Below, in pieces: positions 12,948 through 26,999 of a stretch of DNA of 64,000 bases. Each line of letters begins with the position of its first letter. The stretch's first letter is position 1. The notes below the pieces were generated by a model. It saw nothing but the letters and a program-made list of their open reading frames with translations. It was not told where the DNA came from and did no database searches. Made by a program: the position numbers and the translations under genes. This DNA is from Azolla caroliniana (Eukaryota; Plantae; Polypodiophyta): the NCBI GenBank assembly GCA_043228905.1, contig JBHGNT010000008.1, positions 5,394,001-5,458,000 of the forward strand. Direction: 5' to 3'.

Positions 12948-15900
12948 ATGGCTCAAATTAACGACCCGATGTCATCCGCTCAAGCGGAAGGAACTCAAGG
13001 GAATCCTCCTGGACAAATGTCCACTGAGATGTATTTGGCACAAATAACCCAATACCTTAGTTCCACCGCTCAACAGATGACCGAACTTCGGCAATCTCAG
13101 AGTGCTCTTGAGGCACGTGTCATTAGTCTACAACGTGAGACTAATAGACCTGATGATCGACAAGGTGAACCATCATTTGTCGTTAAGCCATTTACGGGAG
13201 ACAAAAAGGAAAGAACCGAAGAAGCAATCTGCACATGGCTGGGACGATGGGAGTCTCATTTTGAGCTCTATCCCACGCCAGATAGTACGAAGATTGCATA
13301 TGTCGGCCGAGAACTCGGGGGTAAGGCCGCCGCCTGGTGGCGTGGCCTCTGTACTATGGGGAAATTGCCCGATACCTGGACAGATTTTGTCACGGTTTTT
13401 AAGGGCCAATTTCTGCAACCTCCCTCTCGAACCGAGGCAGCACAAGCTTTAATGAACCTCTCTAGCAGGAAATTTTCCTCGCTAGAAGACTATGTTCACC
13501 ATGCTAGAACCCAAATCCAAAAATCGGGTCTAGTAGGGGACAATTGGTTGATAGCTTGTTTTGTCAATGGCATCCCCAATTCGGACTATCACTGGATAGT
13601 GCACGATAAGGATCCAAAATCCTTCGAAGAGGCCGTTGAAATAGTTCTTCGCTATCAACGCACTTCGAAGAAGGACCATAACAAACCCAACGAAGCGCCC
13701 GGGACTAAGCAGTCGCAATTTGTTGGGAAACGCAAGACACCCAACGAATTCCTGGATCGCGATTGTAAGCGACAACATCCTTTTTGTGTATTCTGCAAAA
13801 AGAAGGGTCATACAAAAGATCAATGTCGAAAGCTCCAACGGAAAGAGCACGACAACAAAGCTAAAGCTGCAGACCATAAAGGTCAGATTCCTAATGTCCT
13901 TGAGGTCTATACACATCATTTAAGTAATTGTCAATGTTCTTTCCCTCACTATGTATTGGGTCCCAATGATTTACTACGTGCAAACGGGTATATCAATGGA
14001 TCTCCCGTACAATTTTTATTTGATTCGGGAAGCTCACACAATTTTGTGAATGATCGTTTGGTTCAGATATGGGGAATCCAACCCACCGTAAGTGATCACA
14101 CCTACACGGTGCACTTGGCTGATGGAAGAGTACAATACATCAACGGGGCGATTCATTCATTAGGAATTTCTATTGATACTTATATAGAGGAAGTAGACTT
14201 CCATGTAATGAATCTTTGTACCACCGGTGTAATACTGGGTTATCCCTGGTTTTATAATAAAAACTCTTCTTTATTTATTGATTGGGTTCCTCATTCCATT
14301 TCTTTTGTACTGAACGATTGTACGCATTTTATTCAATGTGTAAAAAAACAATCCCTCTCGATTGTTTCCTCGTGTCCATCAATATCCGAGTTGTCTTGTT
14401 CTACGTTATTTTATTGTGTACTTGATCCGGACATTCACGTTTACAATATCGATAATGTCCCGATTCAATTAACATATTTTGAACAACAACAACTTGATGA
14501 AATCTTAAATGATTTTCATGATGTTTTTCCAAGTGAACTACCTGATGGGTTACATCCTAAACGTAATATAGACCATCGTATAGATATTGTACCTGGTGTT
14601 GCACCAATAAGTATACCTCCGTATCGCTTAAGTCGATCCGAAGAAGATGAGGTATTTAAGCAACTCAAGGACTATTTACGAATGGGTTATATATGTTATA
14701 GTAAATCTCCATGGGGTGCACCAGTTCTCTTGGTTAAAAAGAAAGAGGGCACATGGCGTATGTGTATTAATTACCGACGCTTGAATAAAGTGACGATCAA
14801 GAATTCGTATCCATTGCCCCGGGCTGACGATTTAATTGACCGTCTCCAGGGAGCTCGGTATTTTACGAAACTTGATCTCCGTACTGGCTACCATCAAATA
14901 TGAATAAGTGAGGACGATGTTCCTAAAACAGCATTTCGTACGTGCTATGGCCATTACGAGTTTTTGGTTATGCCTTTTGGTTTGACCAATGCTCCGGCTA
15001 CTTTTCAACAAGAAATGAATGACATTTTCCGAGAACAACTTGGAAAATTTGTTGTTATTTTCTTGGATGATATTTTAGTTTATAGCCGTACATTACAAGA
15101 ACATGCTAGACATGTCCGCTTTGTTTTACAAACATTGCGTGACAAACAGTTTTATGCGAAGATCTCAAAATGTGAGTTCTTCAAGAAATCAATTACTTAT
15201 CTAGGACATCTCATAACCGAACGAGGAGTTGAAATTGATCCTTCTCACATTGAGAAAATCAAGCTTTGGCCCACTCTTCGGAATATTCGAGAAGTTCGAT
15301 CATTCCTTGGTTTTGTGGGGTTTTTGCGAAAGTCTCTTCGTAATTACTCCCAATTGACGACGCCGTTTACTGATCTTTTAAAAGGTCAAACGCGTAAGTC
15401 TACAAAACCTATTGTGTGGAATGCTACACTAGACCTTGCCTTTAAGGAACTCAAGGACCTGGTTTTGCAAGGCTCCTTCACTTCTTTTACCTGATCCTTC
15501 AAAACCTTTTGAGGTTGAAACCGATGCAAGCGATTATGCTATAGGTGTTGTCTTGTATCAAGATGGTAAACCAATAGCATTCGAGAGTAAGAAACTTGAT
15601 TCTGCTCAATGTCGGTATACCGTTCCAGAAAAGGAATTATTTGCAGTTATACATGCGCTCAAAACATGGTGCCATTATCTTTATGGAAATCACTTTGTGG
15701 TAACTACGGACCACGAGTCCTTGAAATATTTTTGTGACCAACAAGACCTGAAAGGTCGTAAGGCACGATGGGCTGATCTCATCTAGGACTTTGATTTTTC
15801 CATACGATATCGTAAAGGTTCCATGAACACTGTCGCTGATGCACTAAGTCGCATCCGTGAAGTTAACATGCTTAGCTTCACTGCAATATCATCAGATCTT

Positions 15901-17352
15901 TATGATCACCTTCGAGGAAAGTATCCTGATGACAGTTATTTCGCAAAATACTGGGCAAGAGTTGAGTCTGGAACAGACACCACCACATCCTCGAAGGAAT
16001 ACTTCCACATTGCTAACGGTTTGCTCTACCGTAATGGGAAGGTTTGTGTTCCAGATTTACCCGAGGTCAAAAAGAGGATTCTTTTTTAATGCCATGATGC
16101 ACCCTCAGTAGGGCACCCTGGAATACATCGTACACTCGTTCTCATCTCCACTCAATTTTATTGGCCTAAGATGCGTCCTGACATACATAGCTATGTGACT
16201 AAATGTCACCAGTGTCAGGTTAACAAAGCCGAGCAACTTAAAGCCGCAGGACTTTTACATCCCTTGGACATTCCCAATAATAAGTGGGAAAGTATATCCA
16301 TGGATTTTATTGTTAGCCTTCCTCGCACCCAAAAAGGTCATGATGCCATCTGGGTTGTCGTTGATTGACTAACTAAAATGGCCAGATTTATTGCTACTAA
16401 AACCACGGTAACAGCTCCTGAATTGGCTTACCAATTCGTTGACGAATTGTTTCGTTTTTATGGGTTACCGATGGATATCGTGAGTGATCGAGATCCAAAG
16501 TTTACTAGTGAATTCTGGACACAAGTCTTTAAGAAGTTAGAAACTACGTTGAGCATGAGCTCCACGGATCATCCTCAATCCGATGGACAGACAGAACGAG
16601 TAAATCAAATTATTGAGGACATGCTTCGAGCATACGTTGGTGCAAAACCAACAAAATGGGAACGTTATCTCCCAATTTTGGAGTTTGCTTATAACAGCTC
16701 CAAGCATACGTCGACGGGATATAGTCCTTTTATGTTGATGTATGGTTTTCAGCCACGAGCCCCGATTGATGTTAATATACATCATGATGAGTTGCGAAGT
16801 ACGCAAAACTTTCTTCGGGATATGCAAGATATGTTGCATATTGCACGAGATAATATAAAAATAGCTCAAGATAGAGCACATTTTTATGCTGATCATCATA
16901 GGCACCCTCGTGTATTCAACCCTGGACAGAAGGTATTTTTACGTGTACCTCACAATTCTAAGACATTGTCTACGGGTAAGTGCGCTAAGTTAGCCCCACG
17001 GTTTTGTGGACCTTTTACAGTCCTCAAATGCATTGGGTCATCAACCTATCGTCTCGCTCTTCATGTGAGTCGTCTAAAAGAACTTCTAGGTTCTGGCGAC
17101 AATACAGTTACGACTGAAACTCTGGTTACTTCTAAAGAATTATCTTCTAAACCACATGTACCAGAAAGAATTCTCGATGTTAAAACAAAAAAATTACGTA
17201 CTAAAGAAATCCGAGAATTTAAAATAAAATGGATGGATAAATCAATAAAAGATGCCACATGGGAACGCGAAAATACTCTTAGAACTAACTTCCCTAACTT
17301 TCCATTGCAAGAGTGCAATGTTTTAAAGAGGGGGAGTATGTTACGGGCATGA
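12948..17352 (+). pseudogene. gag-pol: gag-pol polyprotein (Gag, CCHC, protease, RT, RNase H, integrase, chromodomain), disrupted
   Basis: [48 protein letters not shown]; stops at 14901, 15784, 16087, 16366 and frameshift ~15460. Confidence 0.95.
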
Positions 17353-17792
17353 CCATATAATATCCCGTGGTAAGAATTTACCGTAGTATTCTATACACGT
17401 GGATAAGTGTGAGGGTTAAACGAGAGTGTAAAGAAGGGGAGGATTACTTTTAATCCTCGGGATTGAGACAACCCATTAGGTCAAGTGTGAACTTGCCTGG
17501 GGGCCTTGGGTATCGCTATAAATAAGAGGCCTAGCTACCCTCATTTGATCATCTTTTGACTACATTGAGACTCTGCTCGTGTGGTGGGTCAACTCTTGTA
17601 GCGAGCGCGCCAGCACCAGGTACGACTCGACGCCACGACGGTGGTATGGGACGCCGATCGAGGCTCGAGTCCGTCTCGATCCCTTCGCTCGGGGGTGGTC
17701 GGGTGGATCGGCACCCTTCTTTCTCTTTCTCCTTTCTATCTTTCATTCTTTATCCTTATCTTAAGCTTACTTTAGTACTTAGATCTATAATA
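17339..17792 (+). repeat. 3' LTR (454 bp, TG..TA)
   Basis: Direct repeat of 10812-11266. Confidence 0.96.
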
Positions 17793-19509
17793 AAGGATGT
17801 CTCGAAGATCGGGGTGTTGCAGTAGGTGTGTTTCTGATTGACAGAATTTCTTAGTAAGGTTGGTTTCTGCTTTTAGTGATGATTAGGGTTTGTGTTTCCC
17901 TTAAGTGGTTTAGGGTCTCTGATTACAAATTTCAGATTGCAAGTTTCTGGTTACAAATTTCTGATTACTGCTGCAATCTGTTGTAATTTTGCACCAATTC
18001 TCATGACAAATTCTGATTTTTTAAGTGGTTGATTTCTGATACATGTTGAAAAGGACATATTACAAATTTCAGATTACTGTCTCAAAGAGTTGTAATATTA
18101 CACCAAATTCACATTAAAAATTCTGTTTTTGCACCAATTCTGATTACTGATTTTCTATTTCAGGTGGCTTGTTCCTCCCTATCCTAGAGTGTTGAAGTTC
18201 GCAAAATTTTGCAAGACAAAGGAGGACTTTCACAACATATATGGTCTGTCGCTCGAGGGTATTGACCCTACTGTTCTAACTGATAGATTGATTAGTGATG
18301 TAGACTGGATGTCAGTATATAACGTGCCTAGAGTGAAAGGCAAGGTCAAGCTCAAGCATGTACGACCGGACTTGTACGACGACTGCATGAGACTGCACCA
18401 GAAAGTACATCAAGAGATCCCGGTCAACAACGAGTTGTCCATTTCATTTGCCACAACTTTTGCATACGAGCATTGCAAAACAATGAAGGAATCTCGTGAC
18501 CCTGAAATGTACAGGGTAGCTTGGGCAATTTATGGTGAGGCATCGGTAGAAAGATGTCAGAAGATGGGGAGCTTACAACAAAAAATGGCAAGATTTTGGA
18601 GCATGGCAGTTGATGATGCAACTGCCGACTCCCAACAAACCCGCAAGTATACGCCACACCGACACACAATGAAAGCCAATGTCCATGATACATGTGAGGC
18701 ATTGATTAGTTATATGCTAAAAAATGTCCATGAAGCCTGTGAGACATTGGAGTTTTTTAAGACTGATTTAGAGAAAACAACATTGGCTGCTACGATGGAG
18801 AGCAAAGTCATTTTGGCAGTTACAACAAAGAAATAAGATTCAGGTACCTATTGTTTTGCTGGTATGTAATATGTTATAAATAACTTGTACATAAAAATGT
18901 GCTATTGAGGCATTATCTGGAATAGGTTGCTCAACATGAACTTGAAATTGAGGGGTCATTGGATCCCCAACGGAAAATTCAACTACAGACAGAGATCCAG
19001 GTTCTTTCAATGAACCTGGACCTTCTAGTTGTAAATATTGTCGTTGATTACAATTTGGAAAAGCTACAAGTAAGTTAATGATTCTTGTTTCTTGTTGTCG
19101 TATCTTTCTCATTAAGGAATAATTAATCGGTAAATTTCTCGACTGCGTTGCAGGAACAATACTCCCGTCAACAACAGGTAGTTAGCTGCCTTAAGAAGCA
19201 ACTACATTTTGCGGAGGGGATGGTAAGGAGCAGACAAGAATTGGACCAGAACATTCTTGCTCCCTTACCAAATGAAGGAGAACTAGGAAACGATATATTG
19301 ACTGTTCAAGTACGTTGCATCGCTTTTGGATTACGTGTAGAGGACAAATCTGCTACTTTGTTGGTTCACCTATAACCATGCCAGCACACATACCATATCG
19401 TTTGTTTTCAATATGCATGTCGCATTGCTGCATTTTGTTTGGGGTATTGTAGTACATCTCTTCCAGATGAGTGGAGAAAACACATAGGTAAAATTGATGC
19501 TTGTGACCA

Positions 19510-21412
19510 TAGTGTAGCTAATTAGTTCCATCTTTGCTAATTAGGAAAGTTGTATAAAGTGTGGAAACTATTTAGCTATTATGGTTGTAGTGTAGTAGCT
19601 AATTACCTAACATGTAATTAATTAGCTAAGTGGTAGCTAATTAGCTACTACCATACTTTAGCTGAGTAGCTAATTAGCTACCACTTAGCTAATTAGCTAT
19701 TGCCACACTTTAACTCAGTAGCTAAAAAGCTAAGTAGAAGCTAATTAGCTATTACCATAGTTTAGTACAGTAGCTAATTCGCTAAGTGGTAGCTAATTAC
19801 CTACTACCATAGTTTAGTATAGTAGCTAATTATCTAAGTGGTAGCTAATTAACTACTACTATAGTTTAGTACAATAGCTAATTAGCTAAGTGGTAGCTAA
19901 TTAGCTACTACCATAGTTTAGTATAGTAGCTAATTAGCTAAGTGGTAGCTAATTAGCTACTACTATAGTTTAGTGCAGTAGCTAATTAGCTACTACAATA
20001 GTTTAATACAATAGCTAATTAGCTAAATGGTAGCTAATTAGCTACTACCATAGTTTTGTATAGTAGCTAATTAGCTAAGTGGTAGATAATTAGCTACTAC
20101 CATAATTTTGTACAGTAGCTAATTAGCTACCACTTAGCTAATTAGCTACCTGTTAGCTAATTAGCTACTAGCATACTTTAGCAGAGTAGCTAATTATGTA
20201 AGTGGTAGCTATTTAGCTACTACCATAGTTTAGTACAGTAGCTAATTAGCTAAGTGGTAGCTAATTAGCTACTACCATACGTTAGCTGAGTAGCTAATTA
20301 GCTACTACCATACGTTAGCTGAGTAGCTAATTAGCTACCACTTAGCTAACTAGGTACTACCATAGTTTAGTACAAGGGCTAATCAACTAAGTGGGAGCTA
20401 ATTAGCTACTACCATACTTTAGTTATAGAGGCTAATTAGCTAAATCGTAGCTAATTAGCTACTACCACAGTTTTGTAGAGTAGCTAATTAGCTAAGTGGT
20501 AGATAATTAGCCACTACAATAGTTTAGTACCGTAGCTAATTCGCTACTAGTTAGCTAATTAGCTACCACTTAGCTAATTAGCTACTACCATAGTTTAGTG
20601 CAGTAGCTAATTAGTTGAGTGGTAGCTAACTAGCTACTACCATAGTTTAGTACATTAGCTAATTAGCTGAGTGGTAGCTAACTAGCTACTACCATAGTTT
20701 AGTACAATAGCTAATTAGTTGAGTGGTAGCTAATTAGCTACTACCATAGTTTACTACAATAGCTAATTAGCTACTACCATAGTTTACTACAATAGCTAAT
20801 TAACTAAATATGGTAGCTAATTAGCTACTACCATAGTTTACTACAATAGCTAATTAGCTAAATGGTAGCTAATTAGCTACTACCATAGTTTAGTACACTA
20901 GCTAATTAGCTAAGTGATAGCTAATTAGTGACTACCATACTTTAGTTGAGTAGCTAATTAGCAAAGTGGTAGCTAATTAGCTACTACCATAGTTTAGTAC
21001 AATAGCAAATTAGCTAAGTGGTAGCTAATTAGCTACTATCATAGTTTAGTACACTAGCTAATTAGCTAAGTAATAGCTAATTAGCTACTACCATACTTTA
21101 GTTGAGTAGCTAATTAGGAAAGTGGTAGCTAATTAGCTACTACCATAGTTTAGTACAGTAGAAAATTAGCTAAGTGGTAGCTAATTAGCTACTACCATAG
21201 TTTAGTACAGTAGGGAATTAGCCAAGTGGTAGCTAATTAGCTACTACCATACTTTAGTTAGAGTGGTTAACTAGCTAGTACCATACTTTAGTTGAGTAGC
21301 TAATAAGCTAGTACTATACCAAAGAGAAGTAGCTAATTAGCTCAGTGGTAGCTAATTAGCTACTGTCGTAGTCTTGAAGAATAGCTAGTTAACTAAGATG
21401 TCGCTAATTAGT
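19510..21412. repeat. Minisatellite, ~52-bp and ~33-bp units built on palindrome TAGCTAATTAGCTA
   Basis: Unit tagctaattagctaagtggtagctaattagctactaccatagtttagtacag repeated with variants. Confidence 0.95.
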
Positions 21413-23556
21413 AACCATGTTGTTGTAGAATCTTGTGGATTAAAGAGGGCGCATGACCTGTTTGGTGTTGATGACACTGCAACCGATGAGGAGATAGTTG
21501 CCAACATGGCTGAAAGTAAGAGTCCTGCTATCACATCTCCTTCAGATTAACTCCACCCTATTCTTTTGGAAGATGGTAATGAATTAGGCAACGATGTGAA
21601 AAGCCTTGAAATATTGGAAACAACATGTAAATCTGAGGTTCACAACAATAGTGTTTTTGAACACTTGATGCAACATTTCTTCGAATCCCAAAACCTTGAT
21701 TCCACCCCACTGAGCCCAACTACTAATAATGTCCAAACAGATCCCATTGTACTGGAAAAGCTAGTGCAAGATGCGGCTGACTTGCAAGCCGCTGCTGAGG
21801 TGATGGAAAGGTTGTCGGAGGAGGACACACTTGCGCAATGGGTCAAAGAAGCAAGGCCAAATCGGCAACTGGCTAGAAAAAGGCTGAAGAAGGGCCACGA
21901 TCGAGGACAAGACCCGTTACTCGGTCAAGGGGCTCTTGAATTGGAGCAAAATACTTATTAGTGGGATATGATTGTTAGCGATTTTCCTAGGGTTTTATGA
22001 AGTTGTACTATGATCTATTTGGACAAGTAAAACCTCAGATTGGTTGTTGCTTGATCCACATTATGTAATGGAACTCTATGATGTTTCTCCAAGATAATTA
22101 TGTTCATGTTTCTATGATGGAAAATATTTCATGTTCATTATGTTGTTTTGTGAGATTGTTAGTTACTTTGTGAGTGTGAATATGTTGGTGTTTTCTAATG
22201 TTGCAGAGTCTAAAGGGTTTGAATCTATTGCTCCTAAGGCCGATGGCAATGTGGAAACTGTTGATGTTGCTGCGTGTTTAGAGGGCCACATCTTGAAAGT
22301 AGATGTAGCAACTGACACAAATGATCTGGTCATGCAAGTTGATAAAGCATGTTGCACAGATGATCTGATTTTGCAGGTAGATGCAACATGTGATACCAAT
22401 GGGCTGATATCGACCAAATCAGTATCTACATGCACTGAGCCAATGACTAAGTCAACAACACAAGAGCACTAGAATGTGAAGCCAGGCCCAACCCAGTCGA
22501 CCAGGGGTTTGAAGAGGAAAAGGACACCAATTGTGCCGACAGAACCTGAGTTGATTGACCTAGATCATGTGCTACCAGTAATTGGTGTAACAGATGCTCA
22601 GTTACACGAATGAAAACCTAAACCATTAGAGGTCGAAAGAAGAGCCTTGATCTTGGAGCTTGATAAAGTCCTAATGAGTGTGTGATATATGACACCAAGG
22701 AGGGATGCAAATCAATTTCTGGAGTGGGTTGTACAATATTTCGATTTGTTTATTTGGAGCGAAAAACCACGTACGGATGTGTGGAAGTGTGTAGAAAGAT
22801 TCTTCCTGAAGTGGCGATAACATTTCAAGGGTCAGTGGACACGAGAGAATTGTGAGCAGAATGATGTTGCAAGATTCAAAAGACTTTCTGATTTTTGGGA
22901 CACTTGGCCAGATTATAATGCCGACAATACGTTGATTCTGGATACGGAACATTTCCGACATTACTTCAACATTCGCAGATGCTGTCTCATTCTACCCGAT
23001 GAAATGCCTGAACACTATTTGGTGAAAACATTGAGTTGCCAACTAGCTACATGGTTGTGGACTCCATACCGTGCTCGGTATGCAGATCATATATGTAGAC
23101 AAGTTCCACTGACCAGCAAGAGCTTAGTTGTTTATAGACGATTTCAAGACATTGGCATTGGGATGTTATAAATATGTAATTTGCTACCACTTAAGCAATG
23201 AAGAATTAAATTGCTTGTTTTGAGTAAACTATCTACAGTGTAATTTTAAGAGTATGTTTAGGATTGCTAATTTCATGATAGTGTTTTTTCTTAAAATTAT
23301 GCAAACTATTTTAACTTGTACATGGTTCACTTGAGTAAATCTGTATTTCAGAAAGAAGAACCCTAAACGATATTATTAAACTGTATATTAGAAACAAGAC
23401 TGTATATAAAAATGACACACGATTTTGTTGAGAAAGAAGCACAAAAAGTAGACTGTATATGAAAAAAAAAACTCCCAAACAGGTCCATTAAACTATTTAT
23501 TTGCAATACATGTGCTTTGTTTGTTTTACAAGAAAATTGGTAATTGCTACTTGTAG

Positions 23557-26500
23557 CTACAAATACCATGGCATACTGTTGTAAATACTTTCATACACAT
23601 TAGCACTAACTGTGTATAAACCTGAATAGCTATTGTATGTCGACATTGGGACATTGATGCACCTGACCAAATGAGAGTACATGTACGCCACTGGTTTGTC
23701 TTCTAATAGCCTATACACATAATCGTAATCATCTAGTCTTGCATAAAAAATACCTTCGATGTGGAATGTCCCGGTAGATACAACATTTCCCCAAGCATCT
23801 AATATATTCTGCGTTGCACACTGTTTACTAACCGTGCACTTCAATATATAGAAATCAACATCCTCTGAATTGCCTTCTTCTGCATTTACAGCAACATTAT
23901 CCCCAACATTTAAGACATCACTCAGAGTATCTCCACGTCCTTGATATGCGAAGTCAACATTCTTTTTTGTTTCCCCATCAACTACTTCCTTATTGTTCAA
24001 TGTATGATACTCCCAATTCTGAATATATGCTTTGTTTAAACAATACCTCCAATTTCCCTGCACACAATGGAAGCAAAAACAAGTTAATTCTCTAACTGCA
24101 ATACAATGACCATCCAACCTAGAATAACTGCGAACAACATGGAGAGATCGCAATTCGGGAATTCCTTGGCACTCCCAGGTCTTCTCCCTATTTACTTCAT
24201 CTATCTTCACTTCCCAAAATTCATGTTTGATATCTCGGACCTGCGAGGAATAAACACCAGTTGCACTCGTTGACATATTAGCTCTAAAAAATTCAACTAC
24301 ATGTGCTTCACAATTCATCTGCACACCATTTGCCTTTAGTTGTTCATGGGTAAGTGCCCGCTTTATAACACCACCTGCACCATCATGTTCACCTTTACCA
24401 TGACCAAACCCAAAAACATTCCATCTCATCTCCAAACCTGTTATAGCAGGATACCTCCCCACAAAATAAAATGGATGTCTAGCCTTGAATTGTGACGCAG
24501 CTCCATCAGTCCAGACCCCATGTTGAGTAAGCTCCAAACGTTTAGCTAATAATCATTGCCAATGTAAGTTAAAACAATGTTGGATGAACAAGGTGTCATG
24601 CTTCTTATCATTAGAAATAAAAAAATGAATTACTTTTTTAACATCACCTAAAACTCGAAAATATGTTATGTGCACAAAAATGGTTACCTGCGCTAAAAAC
24701 CAATGCATAAATTGAATTTCATTCTACTGCTTGAAAGTATAATTCTCTGCGAAATCTACTACTGAGACTACTACATCATTTGGAAAATCAGATATGCAAG
24801 TCTTAAACTGATGGGCTTTCCATGAATAAATGAAGTTGTGTTTAATGAACTTTCTTAGAGATACTACAAATAGAGATGCCAAATCCATTGGTTTAAGCGA
24901 CTTCCTAACTAGATCCTTTCTTTTACACACCTTTCCTTCGAAATTGGTGTCAACTGACTCAAATAACTTGACAGAGATTAGTATTTCACTACTCAATTCA
25001 TTTGGACACCACCTAAATCTACTAGGGCCACAATCTTGACATAAACCCATGACACATTTATGATTGTGGAAGATGGCCTCAGTTTCTGTTGGACACAATA
25101 TTGAATCTAAAAGACAACTCATGGAAGAGATAACATGCTCGAATGATTTACAATGCTCATGTTGGCTCGATCGACAAATTGGACACACACAAATGCAAAC
25201 TACATTTGTTAGGGAGGAGCTATGGTGACATAGTAGATTAACAGAGTCCTTGAGAAAACCCATTTGTACATGGTAAATGCAACAACATGTGTATCGATCC
25301 TTCAAGCGTCTCACAAAGTGTGGGTTAAGAGACTCGAATATTCGTAGTTGAACTTTGATATTTGGACGCATTTGCTTGAACCTAATAAATAAATCAACCT
25401 GCGTAATAAAATGGACATACTGATTAGCTCTATGGCTAAGTGGTAGGTAATTAGCTACTACCATAGTTTAGTGCAGTAGCTAATTAGCTATGTGGTAGCT
25501 AATTAGCTACTATCAAACTTTAGTTGTGTATCTAATTAGCTAAGTGGTAGCTAATTAGCTACTACCATACTTTAGTTGAGTAGCTAATTAGCTAAGTGGT
25601 AGCTAATTAGCTACTACCATACTTTAGTTGAGTAGCTAATTAGCTAAGTGGTAGCTAATTAGCTACTACCATACTTTAATTGAGTAGCTAATTAGCTAAG
25701 TGGTAGCTAATTAGCTACTACCATAGTTTAATACATTAGCTAAATGGTAGCTAAATAGTTTAGTACAATAGCTAATTAGCTAAGTGGTAGCTAATTAGCT
25801 ACTAGCATAGTTTAATACAATAGCTAATTAGCTATTGTTATAGGCAGCTAATTAGGTATTATGGTAGCTAAATAGTTATGAATGGTAGCTAATTAGTTAT
25901 TCTGGTAGCTAAATAGCTATGTTCGATATACTTAGGGAGCTAATTAGCTATTTTGGTAGCTAGTTTGTTATGGGCATATTCTGAGGTAGGTAATTAGCTA
26001 TTCAGGTATGGTCATATTTAAAGGTAGCTAATAAGCTAACTAACTAAGCTCAAAAGTCAAAAGAAATGTTGAGATAAATGTAAATACTTGAGGGACATCA
26101 AGAAGATGAATGGGATGCTCCTCGTATTGACTCCTTCCAACACGTTTCCTGCATAAATCCTTCTTATTGGGTGAAACCCTACTCTCATTAGTCCAAAATA
26201 TTTTGATTATATCCTTGATTTCTGATGTTATGGGTGACATTGGCTTACATCTTGTTGTTAGCTTTAACAGACTAGTTCCTTCACTCGAGGAAACTATTCG
26301 GTTCAATGTATTGTACACATTTTTTCTACTAACACCAATTACCTTAAATAACACACTAATGTTAATATCGTCAACATCACTATTAAGTAACGTCATTAGA
26401 CTAGAACTTTTTAAGACAAGATCATCTTCTGACCTGCTCATGGATACGAAACTATTACGGAGATTATTTACTAGTACAGATGTTATGTTTGCATTAAGAC

Positions 26501-26844
26501 CATCACAATCAACTAATTCCTTTATCGATGGATCATTTAATATTCCATAAAGTACTACCTTCTAGTCTTCATTGCTGATGTGCTTGGTTTGAACATTGAA
26601 ATATTCTACAACCTTTCTCTCTATGATAGTAGTCTCATTACGTCCATTCTCAGTGATATTTAGACCTATATCCCAACCAATACTATCTTTACCTTTAGTG
26701 AGTGTGGTTTTCGTATCCTTCAACAATTGACGATGTTTTTTTTTCTGCCCAATACTTTCGTATCGCTTGTTGTGTCCTAATAGCTTCATCCCTATCCTGA
26801 TGATCATTGAGGGGTAATTCTAAACAGCCTCCTTCCCCTTCCAT
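23557..26844 (-). pseudogene. Sola2-like DDD transposase with one intron (25399-26087)
   Basis: VVDFAENY, WTDGAASQFK, FGFGHGKGEHDGAGGVIKR, Cys-rich CCCIYH and CMGLCQDC-type motifs; in-frame splice LLDVPQ|VDLFIRFK; internal stops and frameshifts. Confidence 0.8.
25420..26045. repeat. Second TAGCTAATTAGCTA minisatellite block, inside the transposase intron
   Basis: Same 52-bp unit as 19510-21412. Confidence 0.92.
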
Positions 26845-26999
26845 TTGGCTTGATGGGTTTAAACCCTAATTTTCCTGAAAAAAAGACACGTATTAAAGAT
26901 GCCTATGGGCAACAACTATACACAAAAATATTCCACAATACACAAGATTATATAGAACAATACACAAGATAATCAATAGACAGAATAGTTATTCAAATC

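Larger units (their letters stand above)
10812..17792 (+). mobile_element. Full-length Ty3/Gypsy chromovirus with two LTRs and TSD
   Basis: LTRs 10812-11266 and 17339-17792; TSD AAGGA 10807-10811 and 17793-17797; PBS tggtatcaga; PPT aaagagggggag 17325-17336. Confidence 0.97.
10574..23171 (+). pseudogene. Multi-exon accessory gene of the DNA transposon: helical region, RING-H2-like finger, acidic linker, FCP1/SCP(NIF)-like domain
   Basis: GT-AG exons ~18164-18843, ~18926-19068, 19154-19487, 21429-~21923, 22207-23171 (5' exons 10574-10686 and the one split by the Gypsy are tentative); PCQHTYHIVC..CLGYC; RRALILELDKVL..RRDANQFLEWVVQYFDLFIWS..NTLILD; several stops. Confidence 0.7.

Noticed and set aside
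19510-21412. CRISPR-like array of palindromic repeats
   Set aside because: Spacers are themselves repeated, no cas genes, eukaryotic TE context; it is a minisatellite
18189-23171. Ordinary host gene
   Set aside because: Enclosed by TIRs and a TSD inside a retrotransposon and carries several stops; treated as transposon cargo
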